The translations under genes and the position numbers were made by a program. Of a stretch of 64,000 nt of DNA, positions 1 to 9,294 are shown in pieces. Positions within the stretch are counted from its first letter, which is position 1. Each line of letters begins with the position of its first letter. The notes beneath the pieces are model-generated. The model had not been told where the DNA came from, did no database searches, and saw only the letters and a list, made by a program, of their open reading frames with translations. Origin of the DNA: Candidatus Woesearchaeota archaeon (lineage in GTDB: Archaea > Nanobdellota > Nanobdellia > UBA10117); contig CAYGXM010000002.1 of the NCBI GenBank assembly GCA_964354105.1, positions 14,398 to 78,397 of the forward strand, given 5' to 3'.

Positions 1-50
1 AATCCAACAATTTTACAAAGATTTAAATCTTTAATGGTTGATTTGTTTCT

Positions 51-698
51 ATGAGCCTTGATTCATTAATAGAGCTTCAGGAAAAACAGAAAAATACAGA
101 ACAAGAATTGAAAACTGAATTAAAAGAAAAAGCTTCTGCATTAATCTGCGATATTAAAGCCGGCAAATCAACAGGAGACAAATTCATAGACGCAGCACTT
201 TTGGGATACGAACGCTTTAGTCCAAATGATGTTATTTCTTTAATTAAAAACGTACGATCTCAGCGTAGAAATTTAGAAGCACACAGGGGAGAAAAAATTC
301 TAATCAGCTATAATACATCAGGCGCAATGATACGTTCGGGAGGCGTTACAGGACTTAACCCTGCTGAATATGATTTAGATTTCGGCGCTTGTTGGGGCAC
401 TATATCAAAAGAAGGTGATGTATTCTTAGTCGAACGTAATGAAGATACTGACGATGCAAAATATACCCCATACTTATTCTATATCAATACTGGCGGCGAA
501 CATTGGCACAAAAAAGAGCCGGGCGTCTGGTCCCGGCGTGAGCCGACATTAACCCAACAAAAATATAACCTGCCTTGCGGCGCATTTTTTATAGAAATGT
601 ATATTGATAAATACTGCATCCTGCCTACAAATCATCAAATATTCTTTGGCGATGATGCTGAAAAACAAATTCAAATACACTCTAACCATAAAGATTAA
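51..698 (+). CDS. hypothetical protein
   Basis: 215-aa ATG ORF with TTTAAA about 25 nt upstream; no recognisable motif. Confidence 0.7.
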   Translation: MSLDSLIELQEKQKNTEQELKTELKEKASALICDIKAGKSTGDKFIDAALLGYERFSPNDVISLIKNVRSQRRNLEAHRGEKILISYNTSGAMIRSGGVTGLNPAEYDLDFGACWGTISKEGDVFLVERNEDTDDAKYTPYLFYINTGGEHWHKKEPGVWSRREPTLTQQKYNLPCGAFFIEMYIDKYCILPTNHQIFFGDDAEKQIQIHSNHKD

Positions 699-729
699 AC
701 TTAAATAAACCCATTCTCCTAGTAAATTA

Positions 730-1524
730 ATGGCCACACTTCAGCAAGTTGTTAAAGATATCAGATCATTAAAGATACAAGGCTCGCAGACTATTGCCGA
801 ATCTGCTTTACGGGCTTGGAATTCTGCAAAAGACAAGAAAAAAGCTTCTAAATTGCTGAAAGACGCTAGACCAACAGAGCCTATGTTATTCCGCGCATTA
901 CATGCAGTTGAGACTGGTGCAGATCCTTTAAAGCTAATTGAAAAATTCAAAAAGGACAGGCAAAAGATAGCTAATTTTGGCGCAAGCCTGATTAAAAATA
1001 ATTCAATAGTGTTTACACATTGCCACAGCAGTACAGTAATTGATATCCTAAAAGCTGCAAAAGCGCAAGGAAAGAAATTTGTTGTGCATAATACCGAAAC
1101 AAGGCCTATGTTTCAGGGCCGCATCACTGCAATCGAGCTGGCAAAAGCAAAAATTCCTGTAAAGCACTTTATCGATTCTGCTGCAATGCTGGCAATGTCA
1201 AAAGCAGACATGTTTTTGGTTGGAGCCGATTGGATTTCGCCAAAAGGTGTTGCAAACAAGATAGGCACAGAAATGTTTGCCGAAATTGCAACAAAATACT
1301 TCAAAATTCCTGTTTATTGTTGCAGTCATAGCTGGAAATTTGCAGAAAAAGGAATTACAATTGAACAAAGGTCTGCAAAAGAAATCTGGCCAAATGTTCC
1401 AAAAGGCATAGATGTTCATAATCCTGCATTTGAAATTGCAGAAGCTCAACACATCAAGGGAATTATTTCAGAACTAGGCTTACTGAACTATAAGGAATTC
1501 CTAAAGAGGGTGCATAAATGGTAA
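730..1524 (+). CDS. ribose-1,5-bisphosphate isomerase (eIF-2B alpha/beta/delta family)
   Basis: Motifs IRSLKIQGS, RPTEP, FTHCHSSTV, ETRP, VGAD, NKIGT, NPAFE; sits next to RuBisCO. Confidence 0.9.
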   Translation: MATLQQVVKDIRSLKIQGSQTIAESALRAWNSAKDKKKASKLLKDARPTEPMLFRALHAVETGADPLKLIEKFKKDRQKIANFGASLIKNNSIVFTHCHSSTVIDILKAAKAQGKKFVVHNTETRPMFQGRITAIELAKAKIPVKHFIDSAAMLAMSKADMFLVGADWISPKGVANKIGTEMFAEIATKYFKIPVYCCSHSWKFAEKGITIEQRSAKEIWPNVPKGIDVHNPAFEIAEAQHIKGIISELGLLNYKEFLKRVHKW

Positions 1525-1874
1525 AAAAAAGAATTGGAAAAGAATTTTTTTATGAATTAATTGTATTGTGTGTATGTCTGGCATCAATTTCATTATTATA
1601 CCAAAACAATCTTTTGCTAACGCTATTTCTTGCTGGATTTTGGATAATTTGTTTAAAATTATGGCACACCAAACGCGATTTCTTTTTCTTTATATCGGGC
1701 GCTATTGTTGGACCTCTTTCAGAAATTGCATCAATTTATTTTGGCGCATGGCATTATACAAATCCAACACAATTAGGCATACCACTCTGGCTGCCTCTCG
1801 CATGGGGCATATTTACAGTTATGATAGTACGAGTTGCAGATACGTTTGCTAAATTTTGGGGTATAAAATGGTAA
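1518..1874 (+). CDS. small integral membrane protein (DUF2878-like, tentative)
   Basis: 118 aa, about 4 hydrophobic helices, E..GAWHY..GIPLWLPLAWG; overlaps both neighbours. Confidence 0.7.
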   Translation: MVKKRIGKEFFYELIVLCVCLASISLLYQNNLLLTLFLAGFWIICLKLWHTKRDFFFFISGAIVGPLSEIASIYFGAWHYTNPTQLGIPLWLPLAWGIFTVMIVRVADTFAKFWGIKW

Positions 1875-3145
1875 AATACCGCGGTTATCTGCAGCTGGGT
1901 TACAAGCCTGCCAGAGATGATTTGGTTATGCTGTACAAAATTAAACCAACAAAGGGAATTTCTATGGAGCAGGCTGCAGAAGCTGTTGCAGCCGAATCAT
2001 CTGTTGGAACCTGGACAGAGATTTCAACAATGTCGCCTAAAATTCAGAAGATGGGTGCTAAAGTTTTTGAGCTGAAGAATGGCTACGCAAAGATAGCTTA
2101 TCCTTTGGAACTTTTTGAGCTTGGAAATATGCCCCAGATCTGGAGTTCTGTTGCTGGAAATATCTTCAACATGAAAGACGCGGCTTGTTTGCGCCTAGAG
2201 GATGCGCGCTGGCCGGAAAAATTAGTCAAAAGCTTCTACGGGCCTAAATTCGGCATTCCTGGAATCAGAAAACTGTTAGGTGTAAGATTTAGGCCACTTT
2301 GCGGAACAATAGTAAAACCAAAATTGGGTTTGGATGAAAAAGGGCATGCCCAGGTTGCGTATAATGCATGGGTTGGCGGTTTGGATATTGTGAAGGATGA
2401 TGAAAATCTTACCTCCCAGCCGTTTAACAAATTCCAAAAAAGAGTTATCGAAACTCTAAAATTAAGGGATAAAGCTGAGAAAGAAACTGGCGAGAAAAAA
2501 ATGTACATGGCAAACGTCACTGCCGAAACTAATGAGATGATAAAGCGCGCTAAATTCATCAAGGAACAAGGCGGTGAGTATGCAATGGTTGATATTCTTA
2601 CAGTTGGCTGGTCTGGCCTGCAAACTCTGCGAGAAGAAAATGAAGATTTGAAGTTAGTTCTGCACGCGCACAGGGCAATGCATGGTGCCTTGACTCGAAA
2701 TAAAGAACATGGCATTTCAATGATGTTTATTGCTGACACTGCAAGATTGATTGGAGTTGACCAATTGCACATAGGAACAGCAGTCGGAAAGATGGAAGAG
2801 AGCAAAGAAGAAGTCATGATGATTGGTGAAGAAATTGAGCAGGGTTTTGTCAAAGAAATAGGAAAACACAGATTGCAGGAAGACTGGCACAACATTAAAC
2901 CTGTATTTGCTGTCTGCTCTGGAGGCCTGCATCCAGGATTAATTCCCCCCCTGATAAAAATGCTGGGAAATGACATAATCGTACAAGGCGGAGGCGGCGT
3001 CCACGGCCATCCCCAAGGCACTATTGCAGGAGCCAAGGCAATGAGACAGGCAATAGATGCTGTTTTGGCAGGCACAACATTAAGAGAATGGGCAAAATCA
3101 CATTATGAACTAAAACAAGCAATAGACAAATGGGGCACTTATTAG
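1868..3145 (+). CDS. rbcL: form III RuBisCO large subunit
   Basis: AAESSVGTWT, GTIVKPKLGL, KDDEN, HAHRAMH, SGGLHP and GGGVHGHP are intact; ATG at 1868 preferred over the upstream TTG. Confidence 0.95.
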   Translation: MVKYRGYLQLGYKPARDDLVMLYKIKPTKGISMEQAAEAVAAESSVGTWTEISTMSPKIQKMGAKVFELKNGYAKIAYPLELFELGNMPQIWSSVAGNIFNMKDAACLRLEDARWPEKLVKSFYGPKFGIPGIRKLLGVRFRPLCGTIVKPKLGLDEKGHAQVAYNAWVGGLDIVKDDENLTSQPFNKFQKRVIETLKLRDKAEKETGEKKMYMANVTAETNEMIKRAKFIKEQGGEYAMVDILTVGWSGLQTLREENEDLKLVLHAHRAMHGALTRNKEHGISMMFIADTARLIGVDQLHIGTAVGKMEESKEEVMMIGEEIEQGFVKEIGKHRLQEDWHNIKPVFAVCSGGLHPGLIPPLIKMLGNDIIVQGGGGVHGHPQGTIAGAKAMRQAIDAVLAGTTLREWAKSHYELKQAIDKWGTY

Positions 3146-3180
3146 TAACTGTTTTATAACTTTCTTTATTTTAAGCCTTG

Positions 3181-3483
3181 ATGGAAGGAAAAACTAGAGC
3201 TGCACATTTAGGCGAAAATTATGCGGTTGTGGTAGATGGCATCGTAAGTACGATTCCACCAGACGAAAGAAAAGAATATAAAACAAGGCTCATAACAGAA
3301 TTAGAAAAATATTCGTTTACAAAAAATATTCACGAGCTTGAAGGTATAATAAAAATCAATATTAAGATCCCTGAAGAGTTTGGAAAATTTATCAAAGAAG
3401 ATGTAAATTTCTATTACCAGAAAGATACAGCTAAAAGAATTCTAACCTCAATATTAACTGATTTGAGGCAGGGGAACCCTTAA
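3181..3483 (+). CDS. hypothetical protein
   Basis: 100-aa ATG ORF with TTTTATAA upstream. Confidence 0.65.
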   Translation: MEGKTRAAHLGENYAVVVDGIVSTIPPDERKEYKTRLITELEKYSFTKNIHELEGIIKINIKIPEEFGKFIKEDVNFYYQKDTAKRILTSILTDLRQGNP

Positions 3484-3507
3484 AAGTTTAAATTTTTGAG
3501 TTTTTAT

Positions 3508-4710
3508 ATGACTCTGAACACGGATAAAATAAGGCAGGATTTCCCGATAATAGCTAGAAAAAAGCTGGTTTATTTTGACAGCGCCTGCAACAGCCTCAGG
3601 CCAAAGCAGGTTATCGATGCCATGAACCAGTATTATGAGGAATTTCCAGCATGTGCAGGCAGAAGCGCACATAAGTTAGGACAGCTTGCAACAGAAGCAT
3701 ACGCAAATGCCAGAAATAAAGTTGCAAAATTCATTGGTGCAAAGCCGAATGAAATCATTTTCACACGAAATACGACAGAAGGCATTAACTTGATTGCAAA
3801 ATGCCTTGATTTTAAGTCTGGAGATGTTGTTCTGACAACAGACAAGGAACATAATTCCAACTTACTGCCATGGCAGCAACTGGGGAAAGAAAAAGGTGTT
3901 AAGCATCAAATTTGCTATTCTAAAGCAGACGGCACATTCGACCTTGAGAGCTTCAAGAAACAGTTAGACAAAAACGTAAAATTAGTATCGCTGGTGCACA
4001 CTTCAAACTTAGATGGAACAACAATTCCTGCCAGAGAAATAATCCAATTAGCACACAAGAACGGTTCTCTTGTTTTGCTAGATGCTGCACAATCAATTCC
4101 GCATAAAAAAATTGATGTGAAAAAGCTGGATGTTGATTTTCTTGCTTTCTCAGGACACAAGATGCTAGGGCCAAGTGGAATAGGCGTGCTTTATGGCAGA
4201 TTTGAACTTTTGAAAAGCTTGAAGACATTCATGGTTGGCGGAGATACAGTGAAAAATACTACTTATGAAACTGCTGAATTCCTGCCACCACCTGAAAAGT
4301 TTGAGGCCGGCCTGCAGAATTATGCTGGAGCAATCGGCATGGCAGCTGCCTGCGATTATTTGGCTGAAATTGGCTTGGATAAAATTGAAGCTCATGAGCT
4401 CGAATTGAATGAGTACATTACCACAGCCATAAGAGATATCCCTGGTTTACATATAATAGGTCCTAAAGATGCAAAGCTCAGGGGAGGAATCATTTCCTTT
4501 GTAATTGATGACTTGGATATGCATTATGTTGCGCAACTGCTTGATAAAATGGCAAACATAGCAGTTAGATCAGGGCAGCATTGTGTTCACAGCTGGTTTA
4601 ATGCGCATAACTTGCCAGGCTCTGTAAGGGCATCTTTGTATTTGTATAATACAAAAGATGAAGCAAAGGTTTTTATTGATACTCTAAAGAAAATTGCTGA
4701 ATTAAGGTAA
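3508..4710 (+). CDS. sufS: cysteine desulfurase, SufS family
   Basis: YFDSA, NTTEGIN, EHNSN, DAAQS, FSGHKMLGPSGIG (PLP Lys), RSGQHC, RASLYLYNT. Confidence 0.92.
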   Translation: MTLNTDKIRQDFPIIARKKLVYFDSACNSLRPKQVIDAMNQYYEEFPACAGRSAHKLGQLATEAYANARNKVAKFIGAKPNEIIFTRNTTEGINLIAKCLDFKSGDVVLTTDKEHNSNLLPWQQLGKEKGVKHQICYSKADGTFDLESFKKQLDKNVKLVSLVHTSNLDGTTIPAREIIQLAHKNGSLVLLDAAQSIPHKKIDVKKLDVDFLAFSGHKMLGPSGIGVLYGRFELLKSLKTFMVGGDTVKNTTYETAEFLPPPEKFEAGLQNYAGAIGMAAACDYLAEIGLDKIEAHELELNEYITTAIRDIPGLHIIGPKDAKLRGGIISFVIDDLDMHYVAQLLDKMANIAVRSGQHCVHSWFNAHNLPGSVRASLYLYNTKDEAKVFIDTLKKIAELR

Positions 4711-4716
4711 TACTAC

Positions 4717-5220
4717 ATGGTTGTCTGTATAATAGGCTTGATTGTTTTTGCGATTGCTGGAATATTCTCAGCTAAATACAGGCGGTTGGCAAAAGAAGCT
4801 TTCAGCTGCACCTTCAAGAAACTGACATTCAGGCCTTGTGATACAGGCCTTGATATAAGAATCAAGGCGCATGTTACCGCAAAATTGATCAGATGGCCTG
4901 GCACCGCAAGATTCTTTCATAAAAATTTTGAGAGAATATCCGTATTGCTTGTGATAATCATGATAATAACATTTGCATGGTCAGGCTATGTTGCGGCAAA
5001 AGGTGTCGGCAATTATGTAAAATTTGGCAATTGCAACGGGCCTAATTCTGATGAGTTCTGTATTTTCAACGTGGCAGGAGCTGAGCCCCATCAGATTGGA
5101 ACAGTTCAATGCGGCGCCTTAGACTGTATTTGTGTAACCCCTACTACAAATTGTTCAATTGGCGCTGCCGAATACATAGACTATACCCCTTGTACGGGAA
5201 GCACGTGCAGTTGTCCTTAG
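4717..5220 (+). CDS. Cys-rich membrane protein
   Basis: Two hydrophobic segments and a Cys-rich C-terminal region. Confidence 0.7.
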   Translation: MVVCIIGLIVFAIAGIFSAKYRRLAKEAFSCTFKKLTFRPCDTGLDIRIKAHVTAKLIRWPGTARFFHKNFERISVLLVIIMIITFAWSGYVAAKGVGNYVKFGNCNGPNSDEFCIFNVAGAEPHQIGTVQCGALDCICVTPTTNCSIGAAEYIDYTPCTGSTCSCP

Positions 5221-5275
5221 TTTTTACTGTGAAAGTGTTACAACTGTTTAAATCCTATTGAAAGTTTTTGGTTTT

Positions 5276-5557
5276 ATGGCAATACAAAAATTGAACGAAA
5301 AGCACGTGGCTATGACAGTTGGCTGCTTTGGAGCAGTCATGCACGCCATTTGGGCAGGAATAGTGTACGCAGGCATGGGACAATCGACACTAAACTTGTT
5401 GTTCGGTTTGCACTTCATGAGTGCACTGAGCATTACTGCCTTTAGCCTGTTTGAAGCTGCAAAGCTAATAATACTCGGCTTCATCGGCGGCGCACTATTT
5501 GGATGGATATTTGCGCGAATCTGGAACTGGGCGGCCACAAAAAAGTGGGCTAAGTAA
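5276..5557 (+). CDS. small membrane protein
   Basis: 93 aa, hydrophobic, ends GWIFARIWN; followed by a T-tract. Confidence 0.7.
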   Translation: MAIQKLNEKHVAMTVGCFGAVMHAIWAGIVYAGMGQSTLNLLFGLHFMSALSITAFSLFEAAKLIILGFIGGALFGWIFARIWNWAATKKWAK

Positions 5558-5575
5558 ATAGCCCTTTTTTCTTTT

Positions 5576-6094
5576 TTATTTCATTTTTAAAACAACCAAA
5601 TTAGAATGCCTTCCTTTACTATCAAATCTTTGATACTTTGTAAATGTCATTTCATATTTTCCAGAAATATTCTTTTTCCTTGCTAAATCGCTAATCATCA
5701 GGTTAGCTTTGTTATTTGCAACATAAGTTAATTGCAACTTACCGCAGTTAGTGCCTAAGGGAGGATTACCTTTGTAAGCAGAATTTTTATTTAACTTAAA
5801 GAATTCATTTAATGCATTTTCATTTTGTGCAGGAAGTGCATCGTGAAGTATTTCTCGCATTGAAATTGCCCCTACAATTTCATTTTTTGTAAATAATTTA
5901 TAATACAATAATTGAATTTCTCTACTATTAATTAGGTCCTGATAAGATGTAATTATCTCTGCAGTAAACTGCGTATCTGCATCCAAAAGTACTTTCAACA
6001 GCGTCCTATCTGGGTTAAAATACTTTAATACTGAAAATTCTAATTCTTTATTCAATTTGTCTTCTATTTTCTTAAAAAATTCTTCAACTGCCAT
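5576..6094 (-). CDS. hypothetical protein
   Basis: 172 aa from ATG 6094; AT-rich; fills the gap between + strand genes. Confidence 0.6.
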   Translation of the reverse strand: MAVEEFFKKIEDKLNKELEFSVLKYFNPDRTLLKVLLDADTQFTAEIITSYQDLINSREIQLLYYKLFTKNEIVGAISMREILHDALPAQNENALNEFFKLNKNSAYKGNPPLGTNCGKLQLTYVANNKANLMISDLARKKNISGKYEMTFTKYQRFDSKGRHSNLVVLKMK

Positions 6095-6146
6095 AATAGT
6101 TAGTGGACAGTTAAACATTTAAAAGTAGAGCAGGCTTGAAATTAAT

Positions 6147-7403
6147 ATGGCCACTAAGCTAAAAAGGACACTTGGACTTTTTGAAACTACACTCTATGGT
6201 GTTGGTGTCATTTTAGGTGCTGGAATTTATGCTCTAATTGGAAAAGCTGCCGGACTTGCAGGCAATGCAGTCTGGGCTGCTTTCGCAATAGGCGCCTTCA
6301 TTGCTGCTTTCACAGGATTAAGCTATGCTGAACTAAGCTCGATGTTCCCAAAAGCAGGCGGGGAATATGTTTATACGGAAAAGGCATTCAACAAAAGGCT
6401 TGCTTTCTTGGTTGGTTGGTTAATTGTCGTAGGCGGCATCATTGCTGCCGCAACAATTTCTTTGGGATTTTCAGGTTATTTTTCAGTTTTATTTCACACA
6501 CCGGTAATACCAATTGCGATTGGATTAATCCTTGCACTGTCTCTGCTTAACTTTTGGGGTATTAAACAATCTGCAATTGCAGATATCATTGCAACTTTCA
6601 TAGAGGTTGGCGGGCTCATTGCAATAATCGCATTTGGCTTGAAATATGTTGGCAGTGTGGATTATACTGCATTGCCGCCACTAGGCATGCCCGGCCTATT
6701 GAGTGCGACAGCATTGATATTTTTTGCATTCCTGGGGTTTGAAGATATAGTGCGACTTTCTGAAGAAACTAAGAATCCAACTCGCACAATACCTAAGGCG
6801 CTGATATTGTCCATAATAATATCAACAATAATTTATGTCTCTGTTGCGATTGCAGCCATAAGTGTTGTTGGCTGGCAGGCCCTCTCAACTTCTGAAGCGC
6901 CATTGGCATTAGTTGCACAGACAGCATTTGGCGCAAAAGCATTTGTCGTTCTTGCAATTACCGCATTATTTGCAACGTTCAACACAGTTCTTGTAACTTT
7001 GATTGCAACATCGAGAATGATGTACGGCATGGCTGAAGACGGCGGCCTGCCAAAAATTCTTCGTGATGTTTACCCGAAATTCCAGACTCCTTGGCTCGCA
7101 ATTGCAATAACAGGTGTTGCATCCGCAGCTTTTGTCCTGTTGGGCAAAATAGAGCTTGTTGCATCACTGACGGATTTTGCGCTGTTCACTGTTTTTGCTC
7201 TCGTAAATCTTTCATTGCTGTGGTTGCGATACAAGATGCCTCATACCAGCAGGCCTTTCAAAACTCTGGCGCTTCTTGCAGTAATAGGAGCCATCTCCAG
7301 CGCAGGCATGCTGTTTTATCTGGGAAAAACTGCGTGGTTAATGGGCGCTGCAATGATAGTAACTGGATTACTGGCATATGAGCTCTTTAAAAGAAGAAAA
7401 TAA
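6147..7403 (+). CDS. APC-family amino acid permease
   Basis: GVILGAGIY, YAELSSMFPKAGGEY, FFAFLGFE, EETKNP; about 12 TM. Confidence 0.93.
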   Translation: MATKLKRTLGLFETTLYGVGVILGAGIYALIGKAAGLAGNAVWAAFAIGAFIAAFTGLSYAELSSMFPKAGGEYVYTEKAFNKRLAFLVGWLIVVGGIIAAATISLGFSGYFSVLFHTPVIPIAIGLILALSLLNFWGIKQSAIADIIATFIEVGGLIAIIAFGLKYVGSVDYTALPPLGMPGLLSATALIFFAFLGFEDIVRLSEETKNPTRTIPKALILSIIISTIIYVSVAIAAISVVGWQALSTSEAPLALVAQTAFGAKAFVVLAITALFATFNTVLVTLIATSRMMYGMAEDGGLPKILRDVYPKFQTPWLAIAITGVASAAFVLLGKIELVASLTDFALFTVFALVNLSLLWLRYKMPHTSRPFKTLALLAVIGAISSAGMLFYLGKTAWLMGAAMIVTGLLAYELFKRRK

Positions 7404-7420
7404 AAAATAAAATTCTACAA

Positions 7421-7582
7421 CTACCTGTGGCGCTTTTCTGTAACGTGATCGTAACCTGTTGCTAAAAGCACTAAACCTATTATAGCTACGCCGATGGTAT
7501 AGTTTCCAGACCAAGTAGACCACAAAGCCACTATTCCGCCAATTAGCTGTATCCAGCCGATGGTTTTTTGTTGATTTGCCAT
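7421..7582 (-). CDS. 53-aa two-helix membrane protein (absent from the ORF track)
   Basis: Hand translation MANQQKTIGWIQLIGGIVALWSTWSGNYTIGVAIIGLVLLATGYDHVTEKRHR*; resembles 54543..54728. Confidence 0.75.
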   Translation of the reverse strand: MANQQKTIGWIQLIGGIVALWSTWSGNYTIGVAIIGLVLLATGYDHVTEKRHR

Positions 7583-7640
7583 GTTTTGAAGACAAGATTA
7601 CGTATTATAATGATGTGTCACAACTTCCAAAAAGTCATAA

Positions 7641-7711
7641 CTCAAACTCAGCACTCATTTGAATGGCAGAGTTTGAGGGATGGAAAAATCAAGTACATGT
7701 GATTTTTCCAT
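7641..7711. promoter_or_regulatory. two tandem inverted repeats in a divergent promoter region
   Basis: CTCAAACTC(7641-49)/GAGTTTGAG(7669-77) and ATGGAAAAATCA(7680-91)/TGATTTTTCCAT(7700-11). Confidence 0.55.
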
Positions 7712-7745
7712 AAAATATAATAACTCGTAACCTAATTCTATCTGG

Positions 7746-8336
7746 ATGATACCTGAAGCACAGAAGGATGTTCTGTCTGTATTACAAGAAGCTATTATCG
7801 CTATTGGAACTAAGAGTTATTCTGACCTGCATGCAATCTCTGATCACATTTTGCACGCTATCGCAATATATCAGGATAAAGATACAGTAGACCTTGCAGT
7901 GGCGATATATGCCTTAAATAAGATACTGGAAATTGAGAAATATAAAGTTCATCCAAAGATGAAAAACTTTACAAAAAATATTCTAAATTTGTTTAAAGAA
8001 GCTGCGGGGCAGGTCAAGAAGAAAGATTACGCTGGTTATTCAAATACATTAAAAGAAATTTTGAATAAAATTGCAGACTTCACCAAATCGATAAAGTTCT
8101 ACATAGAAGACATCTTGCATTTTGCCAGGATTAAAAAAGGCACTAAGCTGTACGAACATGGTTTGTCGCTGGGCAAAGCTGCTGAATTAGTCGGTGTGAC
8201 GAAATGGGAGCTCATGCCCGCTATTGGGGAAACTGCAATACATGAGCAGCTTGGGACTCCAAGAGACATAGGCGAACAAAAAATAGCCTTTGTCAAAAAA
8301 TTATTCAAGAAAAACAAGAAACGGGGCAGAACATGA
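7746..8336 (+). CDS. helical protein with C-terminal UPF0175-like HTH (putative antitoxin/regulator)
   Basis: LYEHGLSLGKAAELVGVTKWELM; stop overlaps the PIN gene start. Confidence 0.65.
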   Translation: MIPEAQKDVLSVLQEAIIAIGTKSYSDLHAISDHILHAIAIYQDKDTVDLAVAIYALNKILEIEKYKVHPKMKNFTKNILNLFKEAAGQVKKKDYAGYSNTLKEILNKIADFTKSIKFYIEDILHFARIKKGTKLYEHGLSLGKAAELVGVTKWELMPAIGETAIHEQLGTPRDIGEQKIAFVKKLFKKNKKRGRT

Positions 8337-9010
8337 GTATTTTTTTTGATTCTTCTGCACTAATCAGCATGGCCGTGACCTGCTCGCTTCCTCTTTTAAG
8401 AAAGCTGAAGAAAGCTTACGCCGGCGAGTTTTACATAACGGATACTGTTTACCAGGAAACTATAGGGCGGGCACTCCAGTCCTTGAGATTTAGATACGAA
8501 GGCCACAGGTTAAAAGAGCTCCTGGATGAAGGCATAATAAAAATTTATCCGGATAAACAGCTTCAAAACAGCATGACAGAGCTAATGAATTTAATTAACA
8601 ACACATATTTTACAGAGGGGCAACCTTTGACCATTGTGCAGAAAGGAGAGATGTCTGCAATAATCGCGTGTATAAAAGAGAATGGTGATACAGTCGCGGT
8701 GGATGAAAGAACTGCCAGGCTCTTAGTAGAAAGTCCGGAAATGCTCAAGCCCTGGCTCGAGGCAAAATTTCACACCCACTTAATTATTAATGAAGACAGC
8801 GCAGATAAATGGAGAACGCAAATTTCTGAAAAATTTCTGCCCTTGCGCTCAGCGGAATTTGCGCTTGCGGCCTGGCAGAAAGGAATCCTGGGCAAAGACA
8901 AAGATGTCTTTTATGGCCTGCTTTGGGCCCTAAAGTTTGCCGGCTGCTCCATGACTGAGCAGGAAATAAACTTTTATATGAAAGGTGCAATTGAGCAATA
9001 TGGCCCGTAA
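8333..9010 (+). CDS. PIN-domain protein
   Basis: IFFDSSALI, ITDTVYQE, GEMSAI, VAVDERTAR acidic PIN pattern. Confidence 0.75.
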   Translation: MSIFFDSSALISMAVTCSLPLLRKLKKAYAGEFYITDTVYQETIGRALQSLRFRYEGHRLKELLDEGIIKIYPDKQLQNSMTELMNLINNTYFTEGQPLTIVQKGEMSAIIACIKENGDTVAVDERTARLLVESPEMLKPWLEAKFHTHLIINEDSADKWRTQISEKFLPLRSAEFALAAWQKGILGKDKDVFYGLLWALKFAGCSMTEQEINFYMKGAIEQYGP

Positions 9011-9293
9011 CAACAGACAACTAATCTTGCTGGAAGAGCAGACCATTCTTTCCAGAGAAAGAACTATGCAACAATACATGTCTACCGGCCTGGCATTTAT
9101 TGCACTTGGTGTTGTAATAATACAGCTGCTTGGAAAAGTCCCATATAATACATACATAGGTAGTTTACTTATTGCTATTGGATTCTGGCAAGTTTGGCAG
9201 GCATACTTGCGGCATAAACGTTACAGGAAATTAGCAAGAAAATTACGCTACAGAGAGAAAAAATTAGGCCTGGAAGTGGGCGAAGAAGACTAA
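9000..9293 (+). CDS. DUF202/YidH-like membrane protein
   Basis: TILSRERT..YMSTGLAFIALG followed by two TM helices. Confidence 0.75.
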   Translation: MARNNRQLILLEEQTILSRERTMQQYMSTGLAFIALGVVIIQLLGKVPYNTYIGSLLIAIGFWQVWQAYLRHKRYRKLARKLRYREKKLGLEVGEED

Positions 9294-9294
9294 C

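Noticed and set aside
2236..3075. Long antisense ORFs (also 36838-37518, 32290-32886, 44581-45015 and many within the giant genes)
   Set aside because: Shadow frames of well-supported genes with no protein motifs
7368..7595. 75-aa minus-strand ORF from the track
   Set aside because: It overlaps the permease; the 53-aa frame at 7421-7582 fits better and has a paralogue
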